In this document: positions 7,702 to 17,619 of the stretch, piece by piece
How positions within the stretch are numbered: the stretch's first letter is position 1
How the letters are laid out: each line of letters begins with the position of its first letter
Translations under genes and position numbers: made by a program
Notes under the pieces: generated by a model
What the model was told of the DNA's origin: nothing
The model's database searches: none
What the model saw: only the letters and a program-made list of their open reading frames with translations
Assembly: GCA_964447745.1 (NCBI GenBank)
Contig: CAYUTV010000002.1
Coordinates: forward strand, 1-35,010
Reading direction: 5' to 3'
DNA length: 35,010 bases
From: an uncultured Planctomycetia bacterium
GTDB lineage: Bacteria > Omnitrophota > Gorgyraeia > 2-02-FULL-51-18

Positions 7702-9333
7702 GTGTGGCGTAAACTGAAATTATTCTGGTGGAATCACTGGGTTAAGATCGTTGTCATTTTGTGGATCGTGTTTATTTTCTGGATCCCCTTTGCGGCGTTA
7801 AGCTCGATAGATTCCTATCAACGCTCCTACATGGTGGCGTGGCTATCCACGATGGGTCTTCAGGCAACCATCAGCGCGGTAATCTTCGTTGTTCTGTATT
7901 CCTGGGTTCTCCAGGGCGGTCTTCAGAAACTGAAGAAAAAACAGGTTAAGAGCGAAGGCGTCAGCATCCACTGGGGCGACGTCATCGGGATGGAAGGCGC
8001 AAAGGTTGAGGCGAAGGAATTGGTCTCGCTTATCAAAGACCGCGCTCGCGTCAAAAAAATCGGCGGTAATATCATTCGCGGCATGCTCATGATGGGTCCT
8101 CCGGGCTGCGGTAAAACTTATTTGGCCAAGGCCATCGCGACGGAAGCCGGCATTCCCTTCATCTCTATGTCGGGTGCGGAATTCGTGGAGGTATTCGTCG
8201 GCGTCGGCGCTTCGCGTGTTAGACAGCTCTTCCAAAAAGCACGCCGTTTGGCCTATGCCGAAGGCGGGTGTGTCATATTCATCGATGAAATTGACGCGGT
8301 GGGTCGCAAGCGCGTGTTTTCCGCGTTTGGCGGTACCGAGGAAACCAACTCCACGCAGAACCAGCTTCTGGCCGAGATGGACGGATTAGGCGACAAGGAA
8401 GAAAACGTCATCGTCATCGGAGCGACAAACGCGTCCGAAGATTCTCTGGACGCGGCTCTCCTGCGCCCGGGCCGTTTCGACAGAAAGATCTATGTGGAGC
8501 GTCCCGATCTCGCGGAGCGCGAAGAACTTTTCCGTTATTACTTGTCCAAGATTAAATACGATTCCAACCTCGACGTGGCTCGCTTGGCCCGCAAGGCCGT
8601 CAGAAAGAGCCCTGCCGATATATCCAATATCGTCAAAGAGGCCGCGTTAATTGCGACGCGTCATAACGTGGACGTGGTGAACTTGAATCACATCTCCGAA
8701 GCTATGGAGAGAATCGATCTGGGTCTCAAGAAGAACCGCAAGGTTAGCGAAAAGGAAGCCAAGATCACGGCCTATCACGAGACCGGCCATTTGATTGTCA
8801 CCTATCTCTTGCATCCGACGGATGACGTTTTCAAGGCCTCGATCATCCCGCGCGGTCCCGCGGGAGGCGTGACCTATTCTTTGCCGACCGAAGACGAGAT
8901 GTTCCGTAACAAGGATTGGTTTGTTGCGGAGATCTGCGTGTTGCTCGCCGGGTACGTCGCCGAAAAATTGAAATTCGGCGTCACCTCAAGCGGTGTGTCC
9001 AACGATTTCCAGCACGCGATGCGTTTGGCTCATTACATGGTCTGGACTCTCGGCATGGGCAAGACCGAATCGCTAGGCGATTACATGCATATTCCGGCGG
9101 ATCAATTGTCCGAGAGCATCAAAGAAAAATTGAACGCTGAGACGCATGAGATCATTCAGGGATGTCTCAAGACGGTCGAAGATCTTCTGCGCAAGGAAAA
9201 CGAACTCTTTGAGCGATTTGCCCTGGAATTGATCAAACGTCTTGAGCTCGACTACGACGAGATCGAGGCCATCTTTAAAGAGTACGGCAAATCGAATCCT
9301 CGCGTATCAGCCAAATACACGCCGATCAAATAG
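7702..9333 (+). CDS. ftsH: ATP-dependent zinc metalloprotease FtsH, short form without a periplasmic domain
   Basis: 543 aa. It has Walker A GPPGCGKT, pore loop FVEVFVGVGA, Walker B IFIDEIDA, SRH ATNASEDSLDAALLRPGRFDR and the zinc site AYHETGHLIV. The two N-terminal TM helices are separated by only about 12 residues. Confidence 0.9.
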   Translation: MWRKLKLFWWNHWVKIVVILWIVFIFWIPFAALSSIDSYQRSYMVAWLSTMGLQATISAVIFVVLYSWVLQGGLQKLKKKQVKSEGVSIHWGDVIGMEGAKVEAKELVSLIKDRARVKKIGGNIIRGMLMMGPPGCGKTYLAKAIATEAGIPFISMSGAEFVEVFVGVGASRVRQLFQKARRLAYAEGGCVIFIDEIDAVGRKRVFSAFGGTEETNSTQNQLLAEMDGLGDKEENVIVIGATNASEDSLDAALLRPGRFDRKIYVERPDLAEREELFRYYLSKIKYDSNLDVARLARKAVRKSPADISNIVKEAALIATRHNVDVVNLNHISEAMERIDLGLKKNRKVSEKEAKITAYHETGHLIVTYLLHPTDDVFKASIIPRGPAGGVTYSLPTEDEMFRNKDWFVAEICVLLAGYVAEKLKFGVTSSGVSNDFQHAMRLAHYMVWTLGMGKTESLGDYMHIPADQLSESIKEKLNAETHEIIQGCLKTVEDLLRKENELFERFALELIKRLELDYDEIEAIFKEYGKSNPRVSAKYTPIK

Positions 9334-9357
9334 CGTCGCTTCTCAGAAAGGCGCAAC

Positions 9358-10326
9358 GTGAATAGAACTAGCATCACAACCCTGGTGTCCGTTTTACTTG
9401 TCTCCGCAATGGTTGTGTCGGGCTGCGGGCCCAAGTACAGCTATCCGGGTTCCGAAGTCCCCAAGGCCATCGAAGATATTTCCAAAAACGAACACAACAT
9501 TGAAGTGCAGGCGCGTGTGGTCGGCAAGACCGTGGGTGCTTTGAGTTATCTCGACAATCTGGCCAAGGCCGCCGACCCTCAAGGCGCCAAAGACATTCAG
9601 GAAAAAATGTGGAAGATCCTGAGCGTCATTATCCGTGTGGCGCTCTCGAGTGACCTGCCTCTTGAGTATTCGGTTGTGGTGTTGCGAGACAAAAGCGACG
9701 GCAACCAGCTTGTGGTTACGCGTTCACTCGACGACGCCCGCCGCCAGAACGCCGATATGCTGGGTCTTGAAGAGTCCGTGAACCGTATCACCTTCGGGCA
9801 GGAAAAGCTCGAACCCACCGAAGACAAAGAGACCTTCGTTCTCAAAGAAGTGCGTTATGAAAAATTTTTGGCCGAGCAGATGGCTCAACGCATTCGTTAT
9901 TGGTTCATGAAGGGCTCTCCCGAAGACGGCGCCAACTCGGTGATCGTTGACGGCAACTTTGACGAAACCGAAAAAGACAAGGTTTTCCGTTTTTCCATCG
10001 TCGCGTTAAAGGCCTCGGATCCCAATGACATGATGATCAATATGTTCAAGATCGTGAATCAGGTTTTGGAGGGTTACCGGTTCCAGAATTTTGACCGAGT
10101 CGAGATTCAGGACTATTTGAACAGGCAAAAGCTCGTGGTGGATAAACAAGCCGTGATTTTGTATCAAAATAAGGAACTCACCGACGAAGATATTCTTGAG
10201 AATTATCTCCTCGAATCACAGTCCATTCAGGAAGTGTTCAAATTATTCGACGTGAACATGCCCAAGGAATCGACGGAGACCACGGATCCCGCCGTCATAC
10301 CCGCGCAATCCGCCGTGACCCCCTGA
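9358..10326 (+). CDS. Hypothetical lipoprotein, no family recognised
   Basis: 322 aa. The signal peptide has a lipobox (LLVSAMVVSG-C-GPKY). GTG start is preceded by AAAGG. The mature part is a mixed charged alpha/beta-looking sequence with no motif I recognise. Confidence 0.6.
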   Translation: MNRTSITTLVSVLLVSAMVVSGCGPKYSYPGSEVPKAIEDISKNEHNIEVQARVVGKTVGALSYLDNLAKAADPQGAKDIQEKMWKILSVIIRVALSSDLPLEYSVVVLRDKSDGNQLVVTRSLDDARRQNADMLGLEESVNRITFGQEKLEPTEDKETFVLKEVRYEKFLAEQMAQRIRYWFMKGSPEDGANSVIVDGNFDETEKDKVFRFSIVALKASDPNDMMINMFKIVNQVLEGYRFQNFDRVEIQDYLNRQKLVVDKQAVILYQNKELTDEDILENYLLESQSIQEVFKLFDVNMPKESTETTDPAVIPAQSAVTP

Positions 10327-10333
10327 AATTTTC

Positions 10334-11224
10334 GTGAAAGTTCTTTCCCCGGCGAAGGTTAATCTGTATCTGAAGGTTTTGTGCCGGAGAAATGACGGTT
10401 TTCACGAGTTGGAAACCCTGTTCGAGCGAATCAGTCTGTTCGATGAAATCCACTTAAGTTCGAGAGCCAAAAACATCACATTGGACTGCGGCCGGGCGGA
10501 TATTCCGTGTGATGAGAGGAATTTGGCCTTTCGCGCGGCCGCTCTTTTGCGCGAGCGCCTGAATGTCCGTAAGGGTGTGCATATCCGCTTAAAGAAAAAC
10601 ATTCCCGTCGCGGCGGGTTTGGGCGGGGGATCCAGCAATGCGGCTGCGGTACTCATGGGTTTGAACCGTTTGTGGCGGCTCAGACTTAGCCGGAAGCGAT
10701 TATTGGCGCTGGCGGCGGAATTGGGCAGCGATGTGCCGTTCTTTATCATGGATACGCCCTTTGCGCTGGCTGCCGGCCGCGGCGAACTCCTGCGGGCGTT
10801 TAAACCCGCCAAAAATCACGCCAAACTCTGGCATTGTCTCGTGAAGCCGTCGTTTGGTATCTCTACCAAAGAGGCCTATCAGGCCCTCCGGGCGCCACTT
10901 TGCCCGAATCGTCCTAAGTCCAGCGATGCCTTGACACTACAAAAAGCCAATGCTAAAATGCTGCTCCACTCTATTCATGAGGGCCGCTCGAAAGATCTCT
11001 CGAAGCTCTTAACGAACAGTCTGGAAGTTATTCAAAATAATAGAGTTGCAAAAATTTTAAAAATTAAAAAGCAACTGGTTCACGCGGGCGCACTGGGCAG
11101 TTTGATGTCCGGTAGCGGATCCACGGTCTTTGGTATTTTCAGGACTGAACGCGACGCGCGCCGTGCGGCTTCGTTTTTCAAGAACAAAAAAGGCCGGAGA
11201 GTTTTTATCGCCTCCACATTTTAA
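10334..11224 (+). CDS. ispE: 4-diphosphocytidyl-2-C-methyl-D-erythritol kinase
   Basis: 296 aa. The N-terminus SPAKVNLYLKVLCRRNDGFHEL and the GHMP-kinase motif PVAAGLGGGSSNAAAV are present. Confidence 0.9.
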   Translation: MKVLSPAKVNLYLKVLCRRNDGFHELETLFERISLFDEIHLSSRAKNITLDCGRADIPCDERNLAFRAAALLRERLNVRKGVHIRLKKNIPVAAGLGGGSSNAAAVLMGLNRLWRLRLSRKRLLALAAELGSDVPFFIMDTPFALAAGRGELLRAFKPAKNHAKLWHCLVKPSFGISTKEAYQALRAPLCPNRPKSSDALTLQKANAKMLLHSIHEGRSKDLSKLLTNSLEVIQNNRVAKILKIKKQLVHAGALGSLMSGSGSTVFGIFRTERDARRAASFFKNKKGRRVFIASTF

Positions 11225-11230
11225 AGGGTT

Positions 11231-11301
11231 TGCCCTGTGGTGTAACGGTAGCACACCGCCCTTTGGAGGCGTGAGTCATGGTTCGAATCCATGCGGGGCA
11301 G
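11231..11301 (+). tRNA. tRNA-Gln (anticodon UUG)
   Basis: Cloverleaf read by hand. The acceptor stem is TGCCCTG/CGGGGCA with one G-U pair. The anticodon stem is CCGCC/GGCGT with loop CTTTGGA. The T-arm is CATGG-TTCGAAT-CCATG. The discriminator is G and no CCA is encoded. Confidence 0.85.
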
Positions 11302-11316
11302 TTTTAAAAAATTTCT

Positions 11317-12564
11317 ATGAAAAACACCGCGCAACAACATAAATGCTCGTTTTGTCAGAAGGTCTGCAAAAATGACGAACGGCTGTTTTCCGGGCCGGGC
11401 GTTCTGATTTGCGAAGACTGCATTAAATTCTGTCATCAGGTGATCTCCAGGGAGACCGAGGAGGCCAACCGCGAGCCAGTGTTGTTGAAGAATCTCCCGA
11501 AGCCGGATGAGATTAAAAAAATTTTGGACGAATACGTGATCGGTCAGGACCGCGCGAAGAAGCAGCTATCGGTCAGTGTTTACAATCATTACAAGAGAGT
11601 ATATTCCGGCGAAGAGATCAAGGACGTTGAACTCGAGAAGTCCAATGTTCTCGTCATCGGTCCCACGGGTTCCGGCAAGACGTTAATGGCCCGTACGCTC
11701 GCGAGAATTCTCAAAGTCCCGTTCGCGATTTGCGATGCGACGACTCTGACGCAGGCAGGTTACGTCGGCGAAGACGTCGAGAACATCATCCTGCGGTTGC
11801 TCCAGGATGCCAACTTCAATGTGCGTCGTGCCGAGATCGGCATCGTCTACATTGACGAAATCGACAAGATCGGCAAGACATCCGAGAACGTTTCAATAAC
11901 GCGCGACGTATCGGGCGAAGGTGTTCAACAGGCGTTGTTAAAAATTTTGGAAGGCACCACCGCGAATGTTCCTCCTCAGGGAGGACGCAAACATCCGCAG
12001 GCGGAATACGTGCAGGTGAACACCGCAAACATTCTTTTTATCTGCGGCGGCACGTTCAGCAGTCTGAATAAAATCATCGAGAACCGCCTGGGCAAGAAGG
12101 AAATCGGATTTTCTTCGTCGGCCCGAGGCAAAGCGCTCAAGGAAGAAACTTTGTTGGCACAGGTTCAAACCGAGGATCTGATCAAGTACGGTATGATCCC
12201 GGAGTTTATCGGGCGCTTTCCGGTGGTAACCACGCTTGAGTCGCTGAACGAAAAACATTTGCTCGATATTCTCGTGAAGCCCAAGAATGCTTTGGTGCGC
12301 CAGTATCAAAAGTTTTTTGAAATGGAAGGCGTCGATCTCAAATTCACGGACGACGCGCTGCTGGAAATCGTTCGCGAAGCGATCAAGAAGAGTACGGGCG
12401 CCAGAGGTCTGCGAGCCATTTTAGAAGAAATCATGCTGGACGTGATGTACGACATTCCTTCGATGGAGGGAGTGAAGCGGTGCCTTATTGACGGGAACAC
12501 GGTGCTCCACAGACGCCGCCCGTTGCTCATTGATAAAAAGGGCGAGAACAAGAAAGTCGCATGA
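11317..12564 (+). CDS. clpX: ATP-dependent Clp protease ATP-binding subunit ClpX
   Basis: 415 aa. It has the N-terminal zinc-binding domain CSFCQK...CEDCI, Walker A GPTGSGKT and Walker [10 protein letters not shown]. There is no clpP next to it. Confidence 0.95.
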   Translation: MKNTAQQHKCSFCQKVCKNDERLFSGPGVLICEDCIKFCHQVISRETEEANREPVLLKNLPKPDEIKKILDEYVIGQDRAKKQLSVSVYNHYKRVYSGEEIKDVELEKSNVLVIGPTGSGKTLMARTLARILKVPFAICDATTLTQAGYVGEDVENIILRLLQDANFNVRRAEIGIVYIDEIDKIGKTSENVSITRDVSGEGVQQALLKILEGTTANVPPQGGRKHPQAEYVQVNTANILFICGGTFSSLNKIIENRLGKKEIGFSSSARGKALKEETLLAQVQTEDLIKYGMIPEFIGRFPVVTTLESLNEKHLLDILVKPKNALVRQYQKFFEMEGVDLKFTDDALLEIVREAIKKSTGARGLRAILEEIMLDVMYDIPSMEGVKRCLIDGNTVLHRRRPLLIDKKGENKKVA

Positions 12565-13823
12565 AGCTCGCGGTCGTGATCTTGGCGGCCGGCAGGGGCA
12601 CCCGTATGAAATCGGAATTGCCCAAAGCGATGCACCTGATTTGCGGCAAGCCGATGCTCTGGCATTTGCTGGACAAGGCCCGCCGGCTAAAAGCGGCGAC
12701 AACCGTGGTGGTCGCGGGTTACGGGATTGAACGTGTACGAACAGCGTTCGGCGGCAGCGCGCATATCGTAGAGCAAAAAGAATTGTTGGGTTCGGGGCAC
12801 GCGGTGATGCAGGCCGTGAAGGTCTTGAAAGGATTTACGGGCCAAGTCGCCGTTTTATATTGCGACACACCTCTGATCTCTTTTGAAACACTGGCCGATT
12901 TAAAAAAAGCCCATACGGCGGGAGAAGCCGATTGCACGCTTCTCTCGATGATGGCGGAGAACCCGCGCGGGTACGGCCGCGTTCTTAAAGATGAGGGCGG
13001 CTCCGTTCGCGGAATCATCGAGGAAATCGACGCTGACGAGGAACAAAAAGCGATCCGCGAAGTCAATGTCGGCGCCTACTTTTTCGGCGCAAAGGAATTG
13101 TTCGGGGCTCTGAGGGAAATCCCCAGAAATCCCGTCAAAAACGAATATTATCTGACCGACGTGGTTGAGATTCTCGCGCGACACGGCCGTGTGGAGTCGG
13201 TGCTGGTGAAGGACGCGCGTGAGACGGCGGGAGTGAACACGCGCTTGGAGTTGAGCCAATTGCAGGAATCGATGCAAACAAAAATTTTGAACGAATTGAT
13301 TGAAAACGGCGTAAACATACGCGATCCCAAGACCACGGTGATCGACGCCGGCGTTAAGATCGGTAAAGACACCGTGATTTTGCCGCACACGGTGATCGAG
13401 GAAAACACGGTAATCGGCAAGAATTGTCAGATCGGCCCGTTCGCGCGTTTGCGCGGCGCGTCGGTGGTCGGAGACGGATCGGTGATCGGTAATTTCGTGG
13501 AACTCGTCCGTTCTCAGGTGGGCAAGAATTCTCAGGTAAAGCATTTATCGTATCTGGGCGATGCGCGCATCGGCAACAACGTGAATGTCGGCGCGGGAAC
13601 GATCACGGCAAATTTTGATGGTAAAAAAAAACACGCGACCGTCATCAAGGACAACGCGCAAATCGGAAGCGGCACGGTTTTGATTGCACCCGTGACGGTG
13701 GGCCGCGGCGCCAAGACCGGAGCGGGTGCGGTGGTGACGAAGGGAAGTCATATTCCGGACAAAGGGATCGTGATCGGGGTTCCGGCCAAATCACTCAGTA
13801 AAAACAGCAAGGGAAGAAAATGA
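12561..13823 (+). CDS. glmU: Bifunctional UDP-N-acetylglucosamine pyrophosphorylase / glucosamine-1-phosphate N-acetyltransferase
   Basis: 420 aa. The N-terminus has [11 protein letters not shown] and the C-terminal half has left-handed beta-helix hexapeptide repeats. The ATG overlaps the clpX stop (ATGA). Confidence 0.92.
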   Translation: MKLAVVILAAGRGTRMKSELPKAMHLICGKPMLWHLLDKARRLKAATTVVVAGYGIERVRTAFGGSAHIVEQKELLGSGHAVMQAVKVLKGFTGQVAVLYCDTPLISFETLADLKKAHTAGEADCTLLSMMAENPRGYGRVLKDEGGSVRGIIEEIDADEEQKAIREVNVGAYFFGAKELFGALREIPRNPVKNEYYLTDVVEILARHGRVESVLVKDARETAGVNTRLELSQLQESMQTKILNELIENGVNIRDPKTTVIDAGVKIGKDTVILPHTVIEENTVIGKNCQIGPFARLRGASVVGDGSVIGNFVELVRSQVGKNSQVKHLSYLGDARIGNNVNVGAGTITANFDGKKKHATVIKDNAQIGSGTVLIAPVTVGRGAKTGAGAVVTKGSHIPDKGIVIGVPAKSLSKNSKGRK

Positions 13824-14758
13824 ACGGTCAGCTGAAATTATTCACGGGCAACGCCAATCCCGAACTCGCGGCAAAAATAGCGAAATTTTTAAAAGTACCT
13901 ATCGGGCAGGCAACCGTCACGCAGTTTAGCGAAGGCGAAATCCGGGTTAAAATCGACGAAGACGTGCGCGGCCGGGACGTATTTATCGTTCAACCAACCT
14001 GCCCTCCGTCGAACAACAATCTGATGGAGCTTCTTATCATGATTGACGCGTTCCGTCGCGCCTCAGCTCGCCGTATCACGGCGGTGGTGCCTTATTTCGG
14101 TTATGCGCGTCAGGACAGAAAAGATCAACCGCGCGTTCCGATCACCGCGAAACTCGTCGCCAATTTGATTACGACGGCGGGAGCCGACCGCGTGCTGACG
14201 ATGGATTTACATGCGGGTCAGATTCAGGGATTCTTTGATATTCCGCTCGATCATCTGTTCGCGGTCAATACCGTGGTCGATCATTTCAAGGCCAAGAAGA
14301 TCAAGAATCTCGTGGTCGCTTCACCGGACGTCGGCGGCATCAAGATGGCGCGTGCTTACGCCAAACGTCTGGGCGCCGATTTTGCCGTCGTGGACAAACG
14401 CCGTATCGACGACAAACACGCCGAGGTCATGAATATCCTCGGTGACGTCAAAGGCAAGAATATCGTGATCGTGGATGACCTTGTGGCCACGGCGAGCTCG
14501 ATCTGCGAGGCCGCGGCGGCGTTGAAAAAAGCGGGCGCATTAAAAATTTATGCGGCCGTGTCCCATCCGATTTTATCGGGACCCGCGCTCAGCCGAATCA
14601 AGGCATCGGCTATCGAAGAATTCATCGTGTCGGACAGCATTCCGCTGTCCAAGGAGAAAAAAGATCCTGTGTTCAGGGTATTGTCAGTGGCTCCGCTGTT
14701 GGGGGAGGCAATTCGAAGGATTCACCAAGAAGAATCCGTGAGCAGTTTATTTAACTAA
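13820..14758 (+). CDS. prs: Ribose-phosphate pyrophosphokinase (PRPP synthetase)
   Basis: 312 aa with YFGYARQDRK, DLHAGQIQGFFDIP and the PRPP loop IVIVDDLVATASS. Overlaps the glmU stop (ATGA). Confidence 0.95.
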   Translation: MNGQLKLFTGNANPELAAKIAKFLKVPIGQATVTQFSEGEIRVKIDEDVRGRDVFIVQPTCPPSNNNLMELLIMIDAFRRASARRITAVVPYFGYARQDRKDQPRVPITAKLVANLITTAGADRVLTMDLHAGQIQGFFDIPLDHLFAVNTVVDHFKAKKIKNLVVASPDVGGIKMARAYAKRLGADFAVVDKRRIDDKHAEVMNILGDVKGKNIVIVDDLVATASSICEAAAALKKAGALKIYAAVSHPILSGPALSRIKASAIEEFIVSDSIPLSKEKKDPVFRVLSVAPLLGEAIRRIHQEESVSSLFN

Positions 14759-14776
14759 CGAAGTGAGGACGTAAAA

Positions 14777-15481
14777 ATGGAACAGATAGAACTCAAAGCA
14801 ATCGTGCGCGAAGAAACCGGAAAGATTCTGGTCAAAAAACTTCGCAGCCAAGGCCGCATACCGGGTGTCGTGTATCACCGCGGCGAAAAACCGGTCAACA
14901 TCACGTTGGCCGACAAGGAATTGTCCCGCATCCTGCACACCTCAGCCGGCGAAAACGTGCTGATCAATCTGAAGATTGAGAAGGACAAGAAGGCCAAAGG
15001 CCGTCCCGTGATCATCAAAGAAGTGCAGCATGATCCCGTGAAACGCAATATCCTTCACGTGGATTTTAACGAAATTTCACTCACCGACAAGATCATCGTC
15101 GAAGTGGAAGTGGTTCCCGCGGGCGAAGCCTACGGCGTTAAAACCGAAAAGGGCATGCTCGATCACCCGGTTCGCCATATCAAAGTTCAGTGTCTCCCGA
15201 CGGACATTCCGCCTCATATCGATGTGGATGTTACCGGCTTGAAGCTGAACCAATCCATTCACGTGAGAGATCTGCAGTTGTCGGAGAAGCTCAAAGTACT
15301 GACCGATCCGGATATTCTGCTGTTCCAGGTAAAGCTGCATGAGGAGAAGGTCGAGGACGAAACGGCGACGGAAACGCCGGAACTCGAAGTCATCCGCGAG
15401 AAGAAGGTTGAAGAAGGCGCGGAGACCAAGGAAGAGCCCAAAGCGGCTAAAGAAGCTTCCAAAGACAAAGAGAAGAAATAA
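14777..15481 (+). CDS. rplY: 50S ribosomal protein L25 / general stress protein Ctc (long form)
   Basis: 234 aa. It has the GRIPGVVYHRGEKP motif, a two-domain Ctc layout and an acidic/lysine-rich C-terminal tail. It sits in the conserved prs-ctc-pth context. Confidence 0.9.
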   Translation: MEQIELKAIVREETGKILVKKLRSQGRIPGVVYHRGEKPVNITLADKELSRILHTSAGENVLINLKIEKDKKAKGRPVIIKEVQHDPVKRNILHVDFNEISLTDKIIVEVEVVPAGEAYGVKTEKGMLDHPVRHIKVQCLPTDIPPHIDVDVTGLKLNQSIHVRDLQLSEKLKVLTDPDILLFQVKLHEEKVEDETATETPELEVIREKKVEEGAETKEEPKAAKEASKDKEKK

Positions 15482-15492
15482 GTCGGCGACCG

Positions 15493-16065
15493 ATGAACCT
15501 TGTCATCGGCATTGGCAATCCGGGAAAGAATTACGAGAAGACGCGCCACAACATAGGGTTTCTCGTTCTGGAGCGATTGCAGAGACAGGCGTTCTCCGAT
15601 TCGAAATGGCGGCATAAAAAAGAACTGCTCGCCGAGATCGCTGAGAACCGGGAAGTGATTCTCGTAAAACCCGCGACGTACGTGAATCGAAGCGGTGAAT
15701 CGCTCGGAGTGATTGCCGAACAGTTTCACGCGGAACCCGAGAATATTCTCGTCGTCTGCGATGATGTGAATCTTCAGTTCGGAAAGATGCGGCTCAGGCC
15801 GTCCGGCAGCGCCGGCGGTCATCATGGGTTGGAATCCATCGGACAAGCGCTCGGGTCGGACGGATACGCCCGGCTGCGTTTAGGTGTGGGAACGAGTGAC
15901 ATGCCCAAAGATCTGTCCGAATTCGTGCTGGAAAAGTTTGACGCGGACGAAACCAAAAAGATTGACGAAATCTTGGGGATTGCCCTTGAAGTTTGCGTCA
16001 GTTGGGTGAAGGAAGGATTTGAGGCGGCTCAGAAGCGTCTCAGTCAGTTACAATCGAACAAATAA
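15493..16065 (+). CDS. pth: Peptidyl-tRNA hydrolase
   Basis: 190 aa. LVIGIGNPGKNYEKTRHNIGF is the canonical Pth N-terminus. Confidence 0.93.
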   Translation: MNLVIGIGNPGKNYEKTRHNIGFLVLERLQRQAFSDSKWRHKKELLAEIAENREVILVKPATYVNRSGESLGVIAEQFHAEPENILVVCDDVNLQFGKMRLRPSGSAGGHHGLESIGQALGSDGYARLRLGVGTSDMPKDLSEFVLEKFDADETKKIDEILGIALEVCVSWVKEGFEAAQKRLSQLQSNK

Positions 16066-16075
16066 GGGAGTGTGT

Positions 16076-16366
16076 ATGAGAAGTTATGAAGGTGTGTTTA
16101 TCCTGAATCCGGAAATGACGCAGGACGCCTCAAAGAACGCGGTCGCTCAGCTTCAGGACCTCGTGACCAAGAACGGCGGCCGAGTGGACGGTCTTCAGGA
16201 ATGGGGCAAAAGACGCCTCGCTTACAAGATCAATAAAAAGCAGGAAGGTAATTACGTCATCGTGAATTTCCAGCTGGATTCTTCGAATACAAAGAAGATG
16301 GAGCAGACTTTGCGGTTGAACGACCAGATCCTGCGATATCTCTTAATCAACAAAGAAGAACTATAA
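16076..16366 (+). CDS. rpsF: 30S ribosomal protein S6
   Basis: MRSYEGVFILNPEM... is a typical S6 start. I use the internal ATG 16076, preceded by AGGGAG. The tracked 16019 start lies inside pth. Confidence 0.92.
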   Translation: MRSYEGVFILNPEMTQDASKNAVAQLQDLVTKNGGRVDGLQEWGKRRLAYKINKKQEGNYVIVNFQLDSSNTKKMEQTLRLNDQILRYLLINKEEL

Positions 16367-16387
16367 TCCATTCGGGAGGGGCGCACC

Positions 16388-16846
16388 ATGGCCAGTCTAA
16401 ACAAAGTGATGCTGATCGGGAATCTCACGCGCGATCCCGAGCTTCGCTATATTCCCAGCGGTTCGGCCATCGCCAGCTTTACGATCGCGATGAACCGTGT
16501 TTTCAAAATGCAGACCGGTGAAAAGAAGGAAGAAGTCAGTTTTGTGAAGATCGTCGTCTGGGGGCGCATGGGTGAAGTTTGCGGCGAGTACCTGAAAAAG
16601 GGTCAGCCCGTATTTGTGGAAGGACGCCTGCAGAGCCGTTCTTGGGACGGACCGGACGGACAGAAGCGCAGCGCCCTGGAAGTCATTGCCAACAACATCC
16701 AATTCTTAGGCAACAAAGGCGGTAGCAGCCGTGGCGCGGACATGCCCATGGAATCACAGGCCAGCGCCAAAGAAGAAATCGGAGAAATTCAATTGGACGA
16801 ATTTCCGGCACCCGATGCCGCCAAAGAAGAAGAGACACCGTTCTAA
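16388..16846 (+). CDS. ssb: Single-stranded DNA-binding protein
   Basis: 152 aa. The OB-fold N-terminus is MASLNKVMLIGNLTRDPELRY and the acidic C-terminal tip ends ...EEETPF. Confidence 0.93.
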   Translation: MASLNKVMLIGNLTRDPELRYIPSGSAIASFTIAMNRVFKMQTGEKKEEVSFVKIVVWGRMGEVCGEYLKKGQPVFVEGRLQSRSWDGPDGQKRSALEVIANNIQFLGNKGGSSRGADMPMESQASAKEEIGEIQLDEFPAPDAAKEEETPF

Positions 16847-16862
16847 CTGAGGAGATAGGTAA

Positions 16863-17126
16863 GTGGAAAAGAAGCCAAAGCTGAAAAGAAAACCGAACGA
16901 CAAGAATAAGAAAAAGGTCCTTCGCAAGAAGGTCTGCAAGTTCACACCCGAAGAAATCGAGACGATTAATTATAAGGATATCAATCGTCTGCGTTATTTC
17001 ATCACGGAAAAAGGCAAGATTATCCCCAGCCGTATTTCCGGAACGAACGCGAAATCCCAGAGGTATTTGGTCCGGCAGATCAAAATCGCCAGACAACTGG
17101 CTCTGTTGCCGTACGTCGCGGAGTAA
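16863..17126 (+). CDS. rpsR: 30S ribosomal protein S18 (lysine-rich N-terminal extension)
   Basis: 87 aa with [51 protein letters not shown] start follows GAGGAGATAGG. Confidence 0.9.
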   Translation: MEKKPKLKRKPNDKNKKKVLRKKVCKFTPEEIETINYKDINRLRYFITEKGKIIPSRISGTNAKSQRYLVRQIKIARQLALLPYVAE

Positions 17127-17157
17127 TATTCAGAGGTTTTATAGTTCGGGGGTGTGA

Positions 17158-17610
17158 ATGGATGTTCAAGTGGTGTTGACTCAGGATGATCCCAAACTGG
17201 GCCGTCGAGGACAGGTCGTGAAAGTCTCGCCGGGGTTTGCCCAGAATTTTCTGTTTCCGCATCACAAGGCACTGCCCGCCACGCCCGCCAACATCAAAAC
17301 CTTCGAGAACGAAAAGGCGCAGACTCAGAAGAGGGAAGCGTTGGAAAAGGACGCCGCACAGGCCGTCGCTCACAAAATCCAGGCGTTGACTCTGACGCTA
17401 CCCGTGCGCGTCGGCGAGTCCGACAAGTTGTACGGCGCAGTCACCTCCCATGAAGTGCAGGGACAATTGGCTGCCCAGGGCATCGTACTCGAAAAGAAAG
17501 ATATTCATTTACCCGAGCCCATCAAAAAGCTCGGCTCCTACGAAGTTCTCGTCAAGACGCATCGTGACGTGTCCGCCAAGCTGAAGTTAAAAGTCGTCAA
17601 ACAAGATTAG
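17158..17610 (+). CDS. rplI: 50S ribosomal protein L9
   Basis: 150 aa. VVLTQDDPKLGRRGQVVKVSPGFAQNFLFPHHKA matches the L9 N-domain. Confidence 0.92.
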   Translation: MDVQVVLTQDDPKLGRRGQVVKVSPGFAQNFLFPHHKALPATPANIKTFENEKAQTQKREALEKDAAQAVAHKIQALTLTLPVRVGESDKLYGAVTSHEVQGQLAAQGIVLEKKDIHLPEPIKKLGSYEVLVKTHRDVSAKLKLKVVKQD

Positions 17611-17619
17611 GGAGCCTTT

